A DNA stretch of 64,000 bases, taken from assembly GCF_963921235.1 (NCBI RefSeq), contig NC_086097.1:70868001-70932000 (forward strand), read 5' to 3'. Shown piece after piece: positions 49,980 through 62,999 of the stretch. A program made the position numbers and the translations under genes. The stretch comes from Mobula hypostoma (lineage: Eukaryota). Each line of letters opens with the position of its first letter. Position 1 is the first letter of the stretch. The notes under the pieces are model-generated. The model was given only the letters and a program-made list of their open reading frames with translations, had not been told where the DNA came from and ran no database searches.

Positions 49980-50649
49980 CCCTAGAGTGTTTTACTTATA
50001 TGCAAAGATACTAATTATTTCTCGGCATTTTCCCCCTATTGTGCTCCTGGAATCATGGAAAACATCATGGAAAATTTCTTTTTTTATTACTAATCATACC
50101 AGAACTCTAATGGGCATACTTCCAAAAACATTTTTCTTGAAAAATGAACCTTTTTCTCGAAAAGATTTAACACAATCTGTTTCTTTATTAACCAGTTTTA
50201 TAGGGAAAAATAAAATGCAAATATAACTGCAAAAAATAGTCCAGTTTTTTTTTTCCCAAAAGAAGTTCATTCTGTTCTAACCCACTGTGCCTTGTTGAAT
50301 TTTAATGAAAGCCTGTGTTTGTCTTTGGAAAAATATGGGTAATTGGTAAATGATTTCAAGCTTGAGTCAAAACTTTCAGCGCAGAATTTGCATTGGCTGT
50401 AATGTTGTTTGGGGCCATGGGTTTTCCTGAGATTACCAAAATAACATCCCTGCCATGCACCCATAAATGTGGCATTAGTCATGTTGCATTCTGTATCATT
50501 GAGCAAGTTGGTGTGCATGCAGTGAACATTAGACAGAAATGCCAGTGATGAAATATGTCAGAACGTAATGCTGATTACAAGCATTTGCTGGTAATTTGGG
50601 TCTGGACATACCAACTAGCAACTTCTCCTAATCTTACACAGTACAACAG

Positions 50650-51175
50650 TCAGGGGGTAGTGGTGGAAAGGATGAGGAGTCTTAAGTTCCTGGGTGTCAA
50701 CATCTGAGAGGATCTGTCCTGGACCCAACAAAATAAAGCAATCATGAAAAAGACACACCACTGACTCTAGTTCATTAGCAGCTTACAAATCTCTAAAGAT
50801 GTATGGTGGAATGCATTCTAGGGGATTGCATTGCTTCCTGATACAGACGCTTCCATGCACAGAATTGAAAGAGACTGCAGAGGATCGTAGAGACTCAGCC
50901 CGCTCCATCACAGGCACAACACTCCTCTAAAGGTGGTGCTTCAAGAAGGCAGCATCCATCACGAAGGATGCTCACTCTCTGGGACAGGCCCTCTTTTTGT
51001 TACCACTGTCAGGAGGAGGTCCAGGAGTCTGAAGATCCATAATGATTCAGCTTCCTTCCCTTCATCATGAGATTTCTGAATTGTCCATGGACCATTGAAC
51101 ATGAACTCTCTGGTCCTTTTTTTCCTCATTATATAAGTCAATGATAACAATATTGATTTTGATTTAGATTCCTTC
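50650..51175 (+). mobile_element. Old Rex1/Babar 3' fragment
   Basis: aagttcctgggtgtcaacatctgagaggatctgtcctgg...aagaaggcagcatccatcacgaagga. Confidence 0.75.
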
Positions 51176-51284
51176 ACTGCTTATAAGTAACCTGACCTTT
51201 CTGAATGAAGAAGTAATGTAGTTGCAACAGGTCTTTGGTGACTTGGTGAATGTCATTCAGCTTGGAATCATCATTGGGCAGAAT

Positions 51285-51475
51285 GAGTTCCAAGGGTTTT
51301 TGATGGTATGCTGGTGGCTTTGATGGAGAAGATGGTGGGGAAGAGAATGTTTTGTCAGCAGAGGACCAAGAGGCCCACCATGCCCACACTCAAGAGGCAT
51401 TAAGAAATGACATCTGTGGAGGCCAGTGCCAAGAGTCGAATGCAGAGGATCAGGAAGCAGTATTTCTCCAGCTTA
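51285..51475 (+). mobile_element. Relic of a PIF/Harbinger-associated Myb/SANT-like ORF
   Basis: Conceptual translation VPRVFDGMLVALMEKMVGKR...KRPTMPTLKRH*E...EASAKSRMQRIRKQ resembles the PRFSDxxLEALV...W...VSA.S...R...QC pattern. Confidence 0.4.
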
Positions 51476-52454
51476 TAAGCAAATACATAGTTATGGCCAT
51501 TCCCAAAACCTGAAAATATGCATGATGCCATTGTACTATTTGCCCCTGTAAACCATCTCTCCCTCAATCAACACACAGTCTCTAGATGCTATAAAATGCC
51601 CCTGTCCTGCACTGCATCAATCCAACCTTTGTGCCTTTTTCATTTCAGATAAACAAAGACGGAGTTCTTGTTAAACAGCACACAAAAGGCAAAAAGACTT
51701 TGATAAAGACAAATTGTATCGAATTTCAAGTACAGATGAGCAATTTTATGTTCTGTGGGCGGTACAGGGCCAGGCAGAAAAACAGAACAATCTAGATGTT
51801 TTAAAAAACTGCAGACTGGTCAGAATACTGCAATAAAAATTCTTTCTCCTTCTGTTCATCTTTAATGTTTTTCTCTTTATCCTCTTTGTTGGTCATGCAC
51901 TGTATAGCTGCTAGCTAGAGCTGTCCTCTCCTTATGGTTGTACAGCATGCAGCAGATCACAATGATTTTTGACAATCAATTTACCAAGTACCCTTGGGCT
52001 CCCATGGAATTATGAAACATTTCTTCAGCAAGTCAGTAATTTGCTCTATCACTTTTTATATGGTCAGATGGCTTTCAATGTATGAACATGCATTGGCTTA
52101 TTAACTATTTCATTAATGGATAATAGTTGGCATCATGGTTTACCATGGTGCTTTTATTGAAGCCTGAATAGTTGGTGGTCTCAGAATGGAGACACAGTAT
52201 CTGCAACCAGTTTTGTTCCTATGATTATAGCTGGTAAAACACCTTAATTCTAGTATGGGGTGGAGTTGGACATGTAACACATGCGAAGTGAGCTGCATGA
52301 AGTGAATTGCGTGAGGAAAAGCCTACACTACTTGTTGATCACTGATAAGATGATCATTGACTCATTGAACAGAGAGTAATGATAGCAGCAGGTTAGGTGA
52401 GAGTGAAGGACAAACTCCAAATGTCTCCACATCTTATCTGGCAGGAGGAAATTT

Positions 52455-53450
52455 GCAAGTTCCTCAAGCTCCTAATGAAGTTGACTCAGTAGTGTGTCTT
52501 CTTCATGATTGTTGGGTCCAGGACAGATCGTCTGAGATGGTGACACCCAGGAACTTAAGACTGCTCACGCTTTCCACCGCTACCCCCTCAATGAGAACTG
52601 GTGCTTGTTCTACTGCCTACCCTTTCCTGAAATCCACAATTCCTTGGTCTTCTTGACAATGAGTATAGGGTTGTTATTGGGACACCACTCAATCAGTCAA
52701 TCTATCTCATTCCTATGCACCTGCTTGTTGCTGTCTGAGATAGTAACAACAACAGTGGTGTCATCTGTTAATTTATAAAGGTTATTTGAACTGTGCCTAG
52801 CTGTGCAGTCATGAGTGTAGAAAGAGTAGAGCACTGGGCTAAGCACACATCCTTGAGGTGCCCCTGTGTTGATTGTCAGTGAAGAGGAGATTTTATCAGT
52901 GATCTGTACTGACTGTGGTCTTTTGATACAAGGATCCAATTGTAGTGGAAGGTAAAGAGGCCCAGATTTTGAAGCTTGATGATTAATACCAAGGGGTAAT
53001 TGAATGTTAAGCTGTTGATAAACAGCAAAACGTGCCTGATGATATTATGTTGTTGTCCAGATTCTTGAAAGCAGAAGGGAGAACCAATGAGATTGTGTCT
53101 GCTGTAAATGTGTGCGGTAGTAGGTGCATTGCAGCGCGTCCAGGTCCTTGCTCAGACAGGAGTTAATTCTAGTCATAACCAACCTGTTGAAGTTCTTCTT
53201 TATGGTAGATATGAGTGCTGCCAGTCGATGGTCACTAAGACAGCTCACTCTGCTCCTTGTGCGCATCGGTATGATGGTTGAAGCACATGGAAACCTCGGA
53301 CCATAGCAGTAAAAGGTTGAAGATATCCTTGAACACTCCAGCCAGTTAGCCAGCACCGGTTTTCAGTGATCGGCCTCGGGGCTTGATGCCTTTTTAGCAT
53401 TCACCCTCCTGAAGGATGTTCTGACATCGACCTTTGAAGAGAGATCAGGG
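52455..53450 (-). mobile_element. Rex1/Babar RT fragment
   Basis: [27 protein letters not shown]. Confidence 0.85.
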
Positions 53451-55106
53451 TTTTGAAATTATTGGATTTAGTATTCTTTGTACCTCACTATTTATATTAA
53501 AAGAAAAATGTTGGATGTAAAGAAAGGAACTTTTGAAATTATGTGCTGATGTGAGTATCTAAGGTCAAACGTCAGCCCTCTTAATTACCTATTAATGTTT
53601 AACTAAAGTGTTCTCTATTTTGCAGTATTCTGATAAATGTGCACTAGAGATCAAACTGTCAAATAATCATTGTCTGAACTATTACAGGATTAAAAGAAAC
53701 AGTGCTGCTAAAAATTATTATGAAGAAACTGAATAACAGAATTGATGCTAAGAAGGACAGGTTTACTGACAGTGTTTCAAAGGGTTTCTATAGGAAAGGC
53801 TTAGAACTTATCCAATACCTTTATCAAAGTATATTTCATTCATCTCTTATTCCACTCTCTACTTCATCATTTGGTCCATGTTGTTTCTTCACAATGTCAT
53901 CTGGGACATTTCTGAAGAGGAATAAATGATGTTAACTTAAAACTCATGGCTGGACAGTATAAGGGATACACTTCCTGCATGGCTAATTCATAGCCACACT
54001 AAGATCTCACACTCAGTTGATCTTTGAATTTACACATCAGGTCCTCAGTAAACCTCTTTGTAAACTGCCATCATCATGCTGGTCTGGTATCCAAAGAGAT
54101 TCTTTAGTATCTTAACCTTGAATAACTTTGATATAATATCTTAGTGACACATAAGAAGACAGTATGTCTCCAGTATGTTTAAAATTTAAATAGATAAACA
54201 AATTGATGAAAATGATAACTCACGTTAGATCTACAAACACGAGATCCAGGCACAGTCCTGAGACATGACGCATCATGATACTGGGTGATTCTGTTTTGGA
54301 ATCGTTTGGAGAAGTACTGGTTGTTTTCACAGCATGTCGAGGACATGGGTTCTTCAGGTGTTTTACCAAATACCGGAGCTACAGCTTACCTGCAGCCCTG
54401 TGGATCCATTCATTATCTAATGTGAATAAAAGTAACAGGTGCAGTGTGACATTTTCTGCTTTTAAATCCTTTCACCTTGTAAATGGAAAAAACATGCTTC
54501 TTAGTTCCAATCTGTGAAAGCATAGATTTTGCATCTGTGTGTTTCCATTTACGCTGCAGTGATATTATTAGCTGTTTTTTTTAATTCTCTGAGAAATCAG
54601 ACTTAATCTGAAGTACTGCAGCAAGGAACTTTTAAATGTAGTGTAAGAGCTGCAAACTATTGTGCTACTGTACAATATCAAATGATAATGAGCAAGTGTG
54701 ATCCAGCCACTGAAGAGGTTGTTTTAATACATTGGTGACATTATGATCCTGGTTTTTATATATTATTATTAGGAATTTATAATTAGGATTGAGAATGATT
54801 TACTTCCCCTATAGAATTGTTGGTTCCAAGATGGTTAATGAGGCCAGTGTGGGGCAAGAGGTAGTAGACAGAGCAGATAGTGGGTGGGTAGATTGAGAGG
54901 TGGCCTCCTATTTCTACTGCTTACGTAGGGCTTCTGTGTGCTCTCAGTACTAACCTTGAGGTTCCTGATACAATTTCAAATGCCCTTCTCCACCTCAGGT
55001 CAGTTCTCAGAAGCAAGTGGGGATGCTTCAGTTCTTTGAGGAGCACATTGTGAAACCGATTCCTGTATCTTCGTGGTAATCTCTTTCTGTGACAGAGCAT
55101 GGAATA

Positions 55107-56046
55107 GAGTAACACACACCAAATGCTGAAGGAACTCGGCAGGTCAGGCAGCATCTATGGAAAAGAGTAAACAGTTGATGTCTCGAGCCGAGACTTTTCA
55201 TCAGGACTGGAAAAAAGAGATGAGAAGTCAGAGTAAGAAGGTGGGGGGAGGGGAGGAAGAAACCCAAGTTAGTAGGTGATAGGTGAAATAGGGAGAGGGG
55301 GAGGGGGAATTTAAGAGATGGGAAGTTGATTGGTGAAAGAGGTAAAGGGCTGGAGATGGAGGAATCTGATGGAAGCAGACAGAAGGCTATGGAAGAAAGG
55401 GAAGGGGGAGGAGCACCAGAGGGAGGATATGGGCAGGTAAGGAGATAGGGTGAGAGAGGGAAATAGGAATGGGAAAATACAGAAGGAGGGCAATTATTGG
55501 AAGTCCGAAATATCAATATTTATGCCATCAGTATGGATGCTACCCAGACGAAATATAAGATATGGCTCTTCCAACCTGAGTGAGGCCTCATCACAGCAAT
55601 GGAAGAGGTCATGGACTGACATGACGGAATGGGAATGGGAATGGGAAGTAGAATTGAAATGGGCGGCCACCATGAGATCCCACATTTTCTGATGGATGGA
55701 GCGCAGGTGCTTGGTGAGCAGTCTCCCAATCTATGTCGGGTCTCACCGATATTCTGACATACGGAGTATAGGTGCTCAGGTCTCACTGATGCTTAGCGAA
55801 GCCAGTATCGCCAATACTGGTTCCAGCATTTTGATGTGTGTTTTCCATAGATGCTGCCTGGGCTGCTGAGTTCCTCCAGCATTTGGTGTGTGTGACTTCT
55901 CATCTCTTTTTCCAGCTCTGATGAAGGGTCTTGGCCCGAAACGTTGACTGATAACTCTTTTCTATAGATGCTTTCTGGCCTGCTGAGTTCCTCCAGCATT
56001 TGGTGCATGTTACCTTGATTTCTAGCATCTGCAGATTTTCTCCTGT
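55107..56046 (-). mobile_element. Neptune-type PLE 3' fragment flanked by inverted pLTRs
   Basis: IGETRHRLGD / HFNSTSHSH / LRLEEPYLIFRLGSIHTDGINIDISDF; minus-strand pLTR at about 55110-55230 and plus-strand pLTR at about 55840-56046; flanks atggaata / atggaaca. Confidence 0.88.
55913..55950 (+). ncRNA. Minimal hammerhead-ribozyme motif, sense to the host gene
   Basis: CAGCT-CTGATGA-A-GGGT(CTTG)GCCC-GAAAC-GTT-GACTG; core intact, one mismatch in stem I. Confidence 0.65.
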
Positions 56047-57189
56047 ATGGAACACAATATCTGTTTAAGGAGTCTGATTTCATGGAGTTGGTGTCATAAG
56101 AATGTCAGCAATTGTTTAGCCAAAGGAGCTGGCTGAGTGCTATTACGGCTTCCGTGCTGGAGATGTTGGCCTAGGAAAGGACTTTGATATTGGTTTACCT
56201 ATCTTTCCAGTGCATTCAGTGGATTCTGTAGAGACAGCATTGCTGAGATTGTCCCAGTGCCTTGAGGAGCTTGCTGTAATCAGTCCAGATTTCAGAGCCA
56301 TATAGGAGACTGTGTATCACCACTCCCCTGCAGTCCTTGAGTTCTGTGACAGGTCTTGACATACAATTGACCTTTCCTTCAATCAGCTAAAGGCACTATT
56401 GATATATTGAAGGTAGTGTTGACTTTTATCATTATACTCTTTTGGCAAGAAGTGGTTCCTGAGATTTGAAAAGCTCTCCACGTTATCCAGCATCTTGCTG
56501 TGAACCTTCCTTGTAAGAAATCAGTGTGGTGCAATGGGGGCTGGTTGTAGAGGACTCTTACTTTGTGGGTGTTGAATGCAAGGCCCACCCTCTTGGATGC
56601 TTCAGTGGAAACATCAACATTGCCTTATAGCTCCACTCCCAAGCATACCTCTGCTCCCAACCTGTCTGGGTTGCTAATCGGCTGTGGAATATAGGTTTTC
56701 AAGGTCAAACTGCCTCTCAGTAATTCTGAAGATAATCTTGATTCCCATGGGAAGCTTGTTGGAAATGAGGTGGAGCATTGTAACAAGAAAAATGGAAATA
56801 AATGCCCGGACAGTGATGCAACCTTATTTGACATTTATGCCATTACAAGCTGTTTTGATAATACACATGTAGCCCTGAACAAGCTTACTAAGTTGACTGT
56901 GAATAAAATAATGTGCATAGCTTATGCAGTTTAATGAAATCTTTGAATGCATTTGTAATTTGCACTGAATGTTTAATGTTTCCTATTGAGAAACTCATGG
57001 GATTAGACATAAGAGGTTTGTGTTTACAACAAAATAAAAGCAGCTGTTTAAAAGAACACCTTTAAAAAGCTGTAAAAATGTCTGTGGGATAAATAAATGC
57101 AAAATAACATTGCACAAATATCAGCAGTTGGTGTAGACCTTTTACCTTTTAATCTCGCCATTTGGTTCATAATTATGCTAAGCAGTGGA

Positions 57190-59028
57190 GACATTTCAAT
57201 TTACAATTCATCTTTGCATTAGAATGGTTACCTTTGAGAACAGGTAGTACAAGTTTTTGATGTTCACTGGTAGATTCTGCCTGTTGGGTGTAAATTGCTG
57301 ACATTCTGGAAATGGTGAGTGTTTGCTGCTCAAATATAGGATGCCATGTCCAAGAAGGAGGTTATCTACTAAAACATTCCATACCTTGACTGGCACTCCC
57401 ACATTGTGAAGGGGCTGGATGGAGTAGTTTGTCAAATGTGTTCAGTAAAGTCTCCTTAATGGATATATGGAAGTTGCAACTAGGTAGAGTACAATGCTGG
57501 ATCTCCTATCAGGAAATGAGACAAAGCAGGTGGCAGGGTGTGCACTTTGGATCTGGTGATAATAATTCCATCAGTTTCAAGTTAATTATGGATAAGGATA
57601 GGCCTAGTCCTCAGGTTAAGATTCTAAATTGGAGAACAGCAAATTTTGATGGTATCAAAAAGGATTTAGCAAGTGTGGATTGGGATAGGTGGTTTTTCTG
57701 GCAAAGGTGTGCTTGGTAAGTGGGAGGCCTTCAAAAGTGAAATTTTGAAAGTATTGTATGTTCCTGTCAGAATAAAAGACAAAGGTAAAAGTTTTAGGAA
57801 ACCTTGGTTTTTGAGAGTTATCGAGGTCCTGGTTAGGAAGAAGAAGGAGATGCATATGTAACAGTTCTGGGCAACAAGGAACGAATGAAATACTTGAGAA
57901 GTATAAGAAATGCAAGAGAACATTTAGGAGGGAAATCAGGAAGGCTAAAAGAAGATATGAAGTTGCTCCAGCAGACAACATGAAGGAGAATCCTAAAACT
58001 TCTATATCTATATTAAAAGCAAAATAGCAAGGGACCAAAGAGGTCTTCATTAAGATCAGTGTGGTCATCTATGTATGGAGCTGAAAGAGATGAGCCAAAT
58101 CCTAAGTGGATTTTTTACATCTGCATTTACTCAAAAAATGAACACAGGATCTATAGAAGTGAGACAAAGGAGCAGTGAGGTCATGGAATATATATATGGA
58201 TTACAGAGGAGGAGGTGCTTATTGCCTTGAGGCAAGTTAGGGTGGAAAGGTGTCTTAGGGTCTGAAAAGGTGTACCCTCAGACTTTGTGGGAGGCTAGTG
58301 TAGAAATATTTAAAACATCCATAGTCATGTGTGAGTGCCATTGGATTGGAGGATAACTAATTTTGTTCTGTTGTTTAAGAAAGGCTCTAAGAGTAAGCTG
58401 GGAAAGTAATGGTAATGGGTAAGTTATTGGAAGGTATTCTAAGGGATCAGATATAAAAGTATTTGGACAGACAGGGAACACGAGGAAATCTGCAGATGCT
58501 GGAAGTTCAAGCAACACACACAAAAAATGCTGGTGAATGCAGCAGGCCAGGACGCATCTATATGAAGAGGTACAGTCAACGATAGGGACTGATTTAGGGA
58601 TAGTCAACATGTGCGTGGTAGGTCATGTCTAACCAATCTTACAGAGTTTTTCGTGGAGGTTAGCTGGGAAATTGATGAAAGAAAGACAGTGGATGTGTTC
58701 CATATGGACTTCAGCAAGGCAATTTTACAAAGTCCCACATGGGAAGTTGGATAAGAAGGTTCAATCTCTTGGCATTCAGGATGGGGTAGTAAATTGGATT
58801 CAACATTGGCTTCGTGGGAGAGGCCAGAGAGTGCTAGTAGATGGTTGACTTTGACAAGGGAACTATGACTAGTGGTATGCTGCAGTGATCTGTGCTGGGT
58901 CCATTGATGTTTGCCATCTATGTCGATAATCTGGATGAAAATATGGTAAACTGTATCTGACTGGGGGGTGATTTGATAGAGATATATAAAATTATGAGTG
59001 GTATAGACAGGGTAAATGCAAGCAGGCT
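57190..59028 (+). mobile_element. Degraded CR1 ORF2 with internal deletions
   Basis: LNWRTANF, KWEAFKSEI, atggacttcagcaaggc (MDFSKA), IEIYKIMSGIDRVNAS. Confidence 0.85.
58478..58580 (-). mobile_element. 103-bp pLTR-only insertion in CR1
   Basis: Flanks gacaggga (58470-77) and gataggga (58581-88); homologous to the pLTR at 63000-63070. Confidence 0.8.
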
Positions 59029-61885
59029 TCAAGAGCTTTATACCTCTCTATATCAATTGAAATTTCCTGAAGAGTCTACCATTATGCATGAATTTTTAAG
59101 GAAATTGAACATTCCAAAATTACCAGTTAATGAATGCTTAGAACTAGATGCATGCATTACAGAAGATGATATTAAGAAAGCAATTTTTGCGATGAATACT
59201 AGAAAAGCACCAGGTTTGAATGGATTTACAGTAGAATTTTATAAATCTTTTTCAAATTTACTTTCACCATGGCTATGTAAGGTTTTTAAGGATGCCTTAC
59301 TTGTAGGTAAATTACCACAATCCTTTTATGAAGCATCCATTTCTTTAATTCCTAAAAAAGATAAAGACCTTACTGATTGTGCATCATATAGACCTATATC
59401 TTTGTTGAATGTAGATTCCAAAATTTTTTCTAAAATAATAGCAAATAGATTGGAAAAGGTACTACCACAAATTATTTCTGATGATGAGACAGGATTTATT
59501 AAAAATCGCTTTTTGTATTTCAATGTTAGGAGATTAATGAATATTGTATATACTCCTTCATCTAAAGTTCAAGAATGTGTTATTTCGCTTGATGCCGAGA
59601 AGGCGTTTGACAGAGTTGAAAGGAAATATTTATTTAATGTGCTTGAGAGATTCAACTTTAGCCCAAAATTTATTTCTTAGATTGAATTGATAGATCATTT
59701 ACCTTTGGCTTCCGTAGTCAATAATCAGAGAATCCCCCTTTTTTAGGCTTTTCAGAGGTACTAGACAGGGTTGTCCGTTAAGTCCTTTGTTATTTGATAT
59801 AGCTTTGGAACCCTTGGCAATTGCCTTTCATGATTCACCCAATATATTTGGAATTACTCATGGGAAGGAGATGCATAGAGTATCATTGTATGCAGATGAC
59901 TTGTTACTATATATCTGTAACCCAGAGAAGTCCATCCTGGCAGTTTTATCACTACTAGCTCAGTTTAGTAGTTTTTTTGGTTATAAGCTAAATCTTAATA
60001 AGAGTGAGCTTTTTCCATTAAATATACAAGTTCCAATTTATAGACAATTAACATTTGAATTAATTACTGATTATTTCACTTATTTGGGTGTCAAAATTGC
60101 TAAAAAAAAATTTAAAATTAACTTTCTACCCTTAATTGACCATGTTAAGCAATTGTTTACTAAATGGTCCCCACTGTCCTTATCATTGATTGGTCGAATT
60201 AATGCTATTAAAATGACTGTTTTACCTAAATTTCTGTATTTATTTGAAATGGTACCAATTTTTATCTCTAAATCCTTTTTTGATATTATTGATTCTAAAA
60301 TTTCTTCATATATATGGCAGAATAAAAATCCTAGATTGAGTAAGAAATATCTACAGAAATCAAAAAAGGACGGTGGTTTAGCATTGCCGAACTTTAGATT
60401 TTATTATTGAGCAATTAATATCCGATATTTAATGTTTTGGACGCAAGATTGGGATGAAACTCATTGTCCGCGATGGGTGAACCTGGAGGGTTAATTTGTG
60501 CAGGGGTTCTCATTAGTTTCTATTTTAGGAGCTTCACTCCCCTTTGTATTAACCAACCTGAATAAATAAATAATTAATCCAATAATTAAACATACAATAC
60601 GAATATGGTTTCAATTTTGCAAATTTTTTGGATTGAACGAATTTATTTTATCTAGTCCTATTACATCTAATTTTTTCTTTCAACCTTCTAGAATTGACCA
60701 AGCTTTTTCCTTATGGAAAACGAGGGGAATAGCATGCTTTCATAATTTATCCATGGATAATTGTTTCATGTCGTTTGAACAATTATCTAATAAATATAAG
60801 TTGCCTAGTTCACATTTTTTAGGTATCTGCAGATTAGAAGTTTTTTGAATGGTATTTTACCTAACTTTCCAATGTTTCACCCAACTAATATTACAGAAAA
60901 AATTTAGGTTTAAATCCCTTTCAGAAGTGCTTAATAGCAGTTTTGTATGATTGAGTTAGGAAAATACATCTAGGTACATCTGATAAATTAAAAAATGAAT
61001 GGGAAAGAGAACTTCAGGTATCTTTACCTATAGAGAAATGGGAGTAAATTCTTCAACTAGTTAATACTTCCTCAATGTGTGCTAGACATACACTGATACA
61101 ATTTAAAATAGTCCATAGGGCTCATATGTCTAAGGATAAATTAGCTCGTTTTTACCGACATATAAATCCTGTGTGTGACAGATGTAATTCTGAGGTGGCC
61201 TCTCTGGCACATATGTTTTGGTCTTGCCCTCTTTTAGATAAATATTGGAGAGATATTTTCGATATTATTTCAACAGTTTTGCGTATTAATTTAAAACCTC
61301 ACCCTATTACTGCAATTTCTGAATTACCAGTGACAGATGTTGGTCATTTACCCTTTTCAGCTTGCTGTTTGATTGCATTTTACACTAATAACTAAAAGAT
61401 CCATCTTACTTAACTGGAAAGATTCTGATCCTCCTACTACTTTTCAATGGTTTTCTCAAACTATATTGTTTAAACCTGGAAAAAATTAGGTGTGGTATGG
61501 TTGATTCTTCGGTTAAATTTGAAGAAATCTGGAGACTGTTTATTCAACATTTTCACGTGATGTAAGCTGTCCCTTTCAGAACCATTTTTTAATAATCTTT
61601 TGTTTATCTATGGAGGAGCGGAGTTAATGACAGATAATGTTCTTATCTGAAGGAATAGGACATCCCAGTTTTGTTTTGTTTTGTTTTTTTTTAGTTTAGG
61701 GGTTTCTTTATAGAATTCTTTTTTCATGTTCAATTACTTAGAGATTGGGAGGCTTGAATTATATATTTTACTCTAATTATGCTTGTATATGTTAAACATT
61801 ATTAATATTATACCGATCTCTTTGTATCATTAATATTGTTATATATATATTAATCTGAAACTTAACAAAAAGATTGAAAAAAAAA
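59029..61885 (+). mobile_element. 5'-truncated L1 (disrupted ORF2 RT and CCHC, 3' UTR, A-tail)
   Basis: SYRPISLLNVDSKI, SLDAEKAFDRV, SLYADDLL, GGLALPNF, CDRC..HMFWSCP; A-tail ends at 61885. Confidence 0.95.
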
Positions 61886-61936
61886 CATGGTGAGAATGTG
61901 CCAGCAGAAGGGGTAAATGCAGTTGGATTTCAACAT

Positions 61937-62168
61937 TTCTCTTTCAATATTTTTATTCTTTACTGCATAAAGCAGTACAGAGTACAAGAAGATATATATT
62001 ATAAATCAAAAGAAAAAAATAAAATAGTACCAAATACATTACATTAAAAATACAGTTACAATCACAAAACCCTGTATTCATAAAAAATTAGATTAAATTG
62101 TAATACTGAAATATAATAATTTTGTTATATAGAAAAAAAATCTAAACCCACTACCAAAGTCAGAGCTG
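61937..62168 (-). mobile_element. L1 3' UTR fragment
   Basis: Similar to 37625-37850 (tttcaatatttttatt...tacagagtacaagaa...ccctgtattca). Confidence 0.8.
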
Positions 62169-62169
62169 T

Positions 62170-62995
62170 AACCGTAACCTTTGACACTCTGACTAATCAA
62201 GGGTCTTTCAACCTCTGTTTTAAATGTACTCTATGGCTTGGCCTCCATAACCTTCTGTGACAATGAATTCCATAGATTTACTACCCTTTGGCTAAAGAAA
62301 TTCCTTCTCATCTCTGTTCTAAATGAGGCTGTCCTCTGACACCCCACTATAGGGGTGTAGTCCATCTGATCCAAGTGACTTATCTATTTTCAGACCTCTT
62401 AGCTTCCCAAGCACCTTCTCCTGAGTAAGTGACAACACTCACTTCTGCTCCTGACACTCTTGAATTTCTGGCATATGTCAGTGTCTTCTATAGTAAAGTC
62501 TGACACAAAGTACTTAATAAGTTCATCCGCTATTTCTTTGCCCCCCTCCCGTGATATTACCTCTCCAGTGTCATTTTCCAGTGATTCAATAGCCACTCTC
62601 GCTTATCTTTTACTCTTTATATATTTGAAAAACTTTTGGTATCCTCTTTAATATTATTAGCAAAACTTCATATTTCATCTTTTCTCTCTTTATAGCTTTT
62701 TTAGTTGCCTTCTGTTGGTTTTTAAATGCTTCAGAATTCTCTAACTTCCCACTAATTTTTGCTATATTACGTGCCCTCTCCTTTGCTTATATGCTTACAT
62801 TGACTTCAACCACAGTTGCCTCATCCTCCCTTCTTCACCTTTGGAATATATCAATCATTTGCCTTCCAATTGCCCCCAGCCATTGTTTCGTGATCTGTTA
62901 GCCCTGCTTGTGTCCTCTTCCAATCAACTTTGGTGAGCTCCACTCTCATGCCTCTGTATTTCCCTTTACTCCGCTATAATACTAATACATTTGAC
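62170..62995 (-). mobile_element. CR1 fragments (3' end joined to mid-ORF2)
   Basis: LENDTGEVI...KEIADELIKYFVSDFTIED; ccatagatttactaccctttggctaaagaaattcc. Confidence 0.8.
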
Positions 62996-62999
62996 TCTA

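Larger units (their letters stand above)
54810..56860 (-). mobile_element. Degraded RTE-clade LINE, interrupted by the PLE at 55107-56046
   Basis: ASKRVGLAFNTHKVRVLYNQP and following RTE-like segment (56379-56600). Assignment of 54810-55100 to the same element is tentative. Confidence 0.6.

Noticed and set aside
58973..59680. 235-aa ORF as a novel CR1-L1 fusion protein
   Set aside because: It is an accidental in-frame junction of a dead CR1 and a truncated L1, and it ends at a premature stop.
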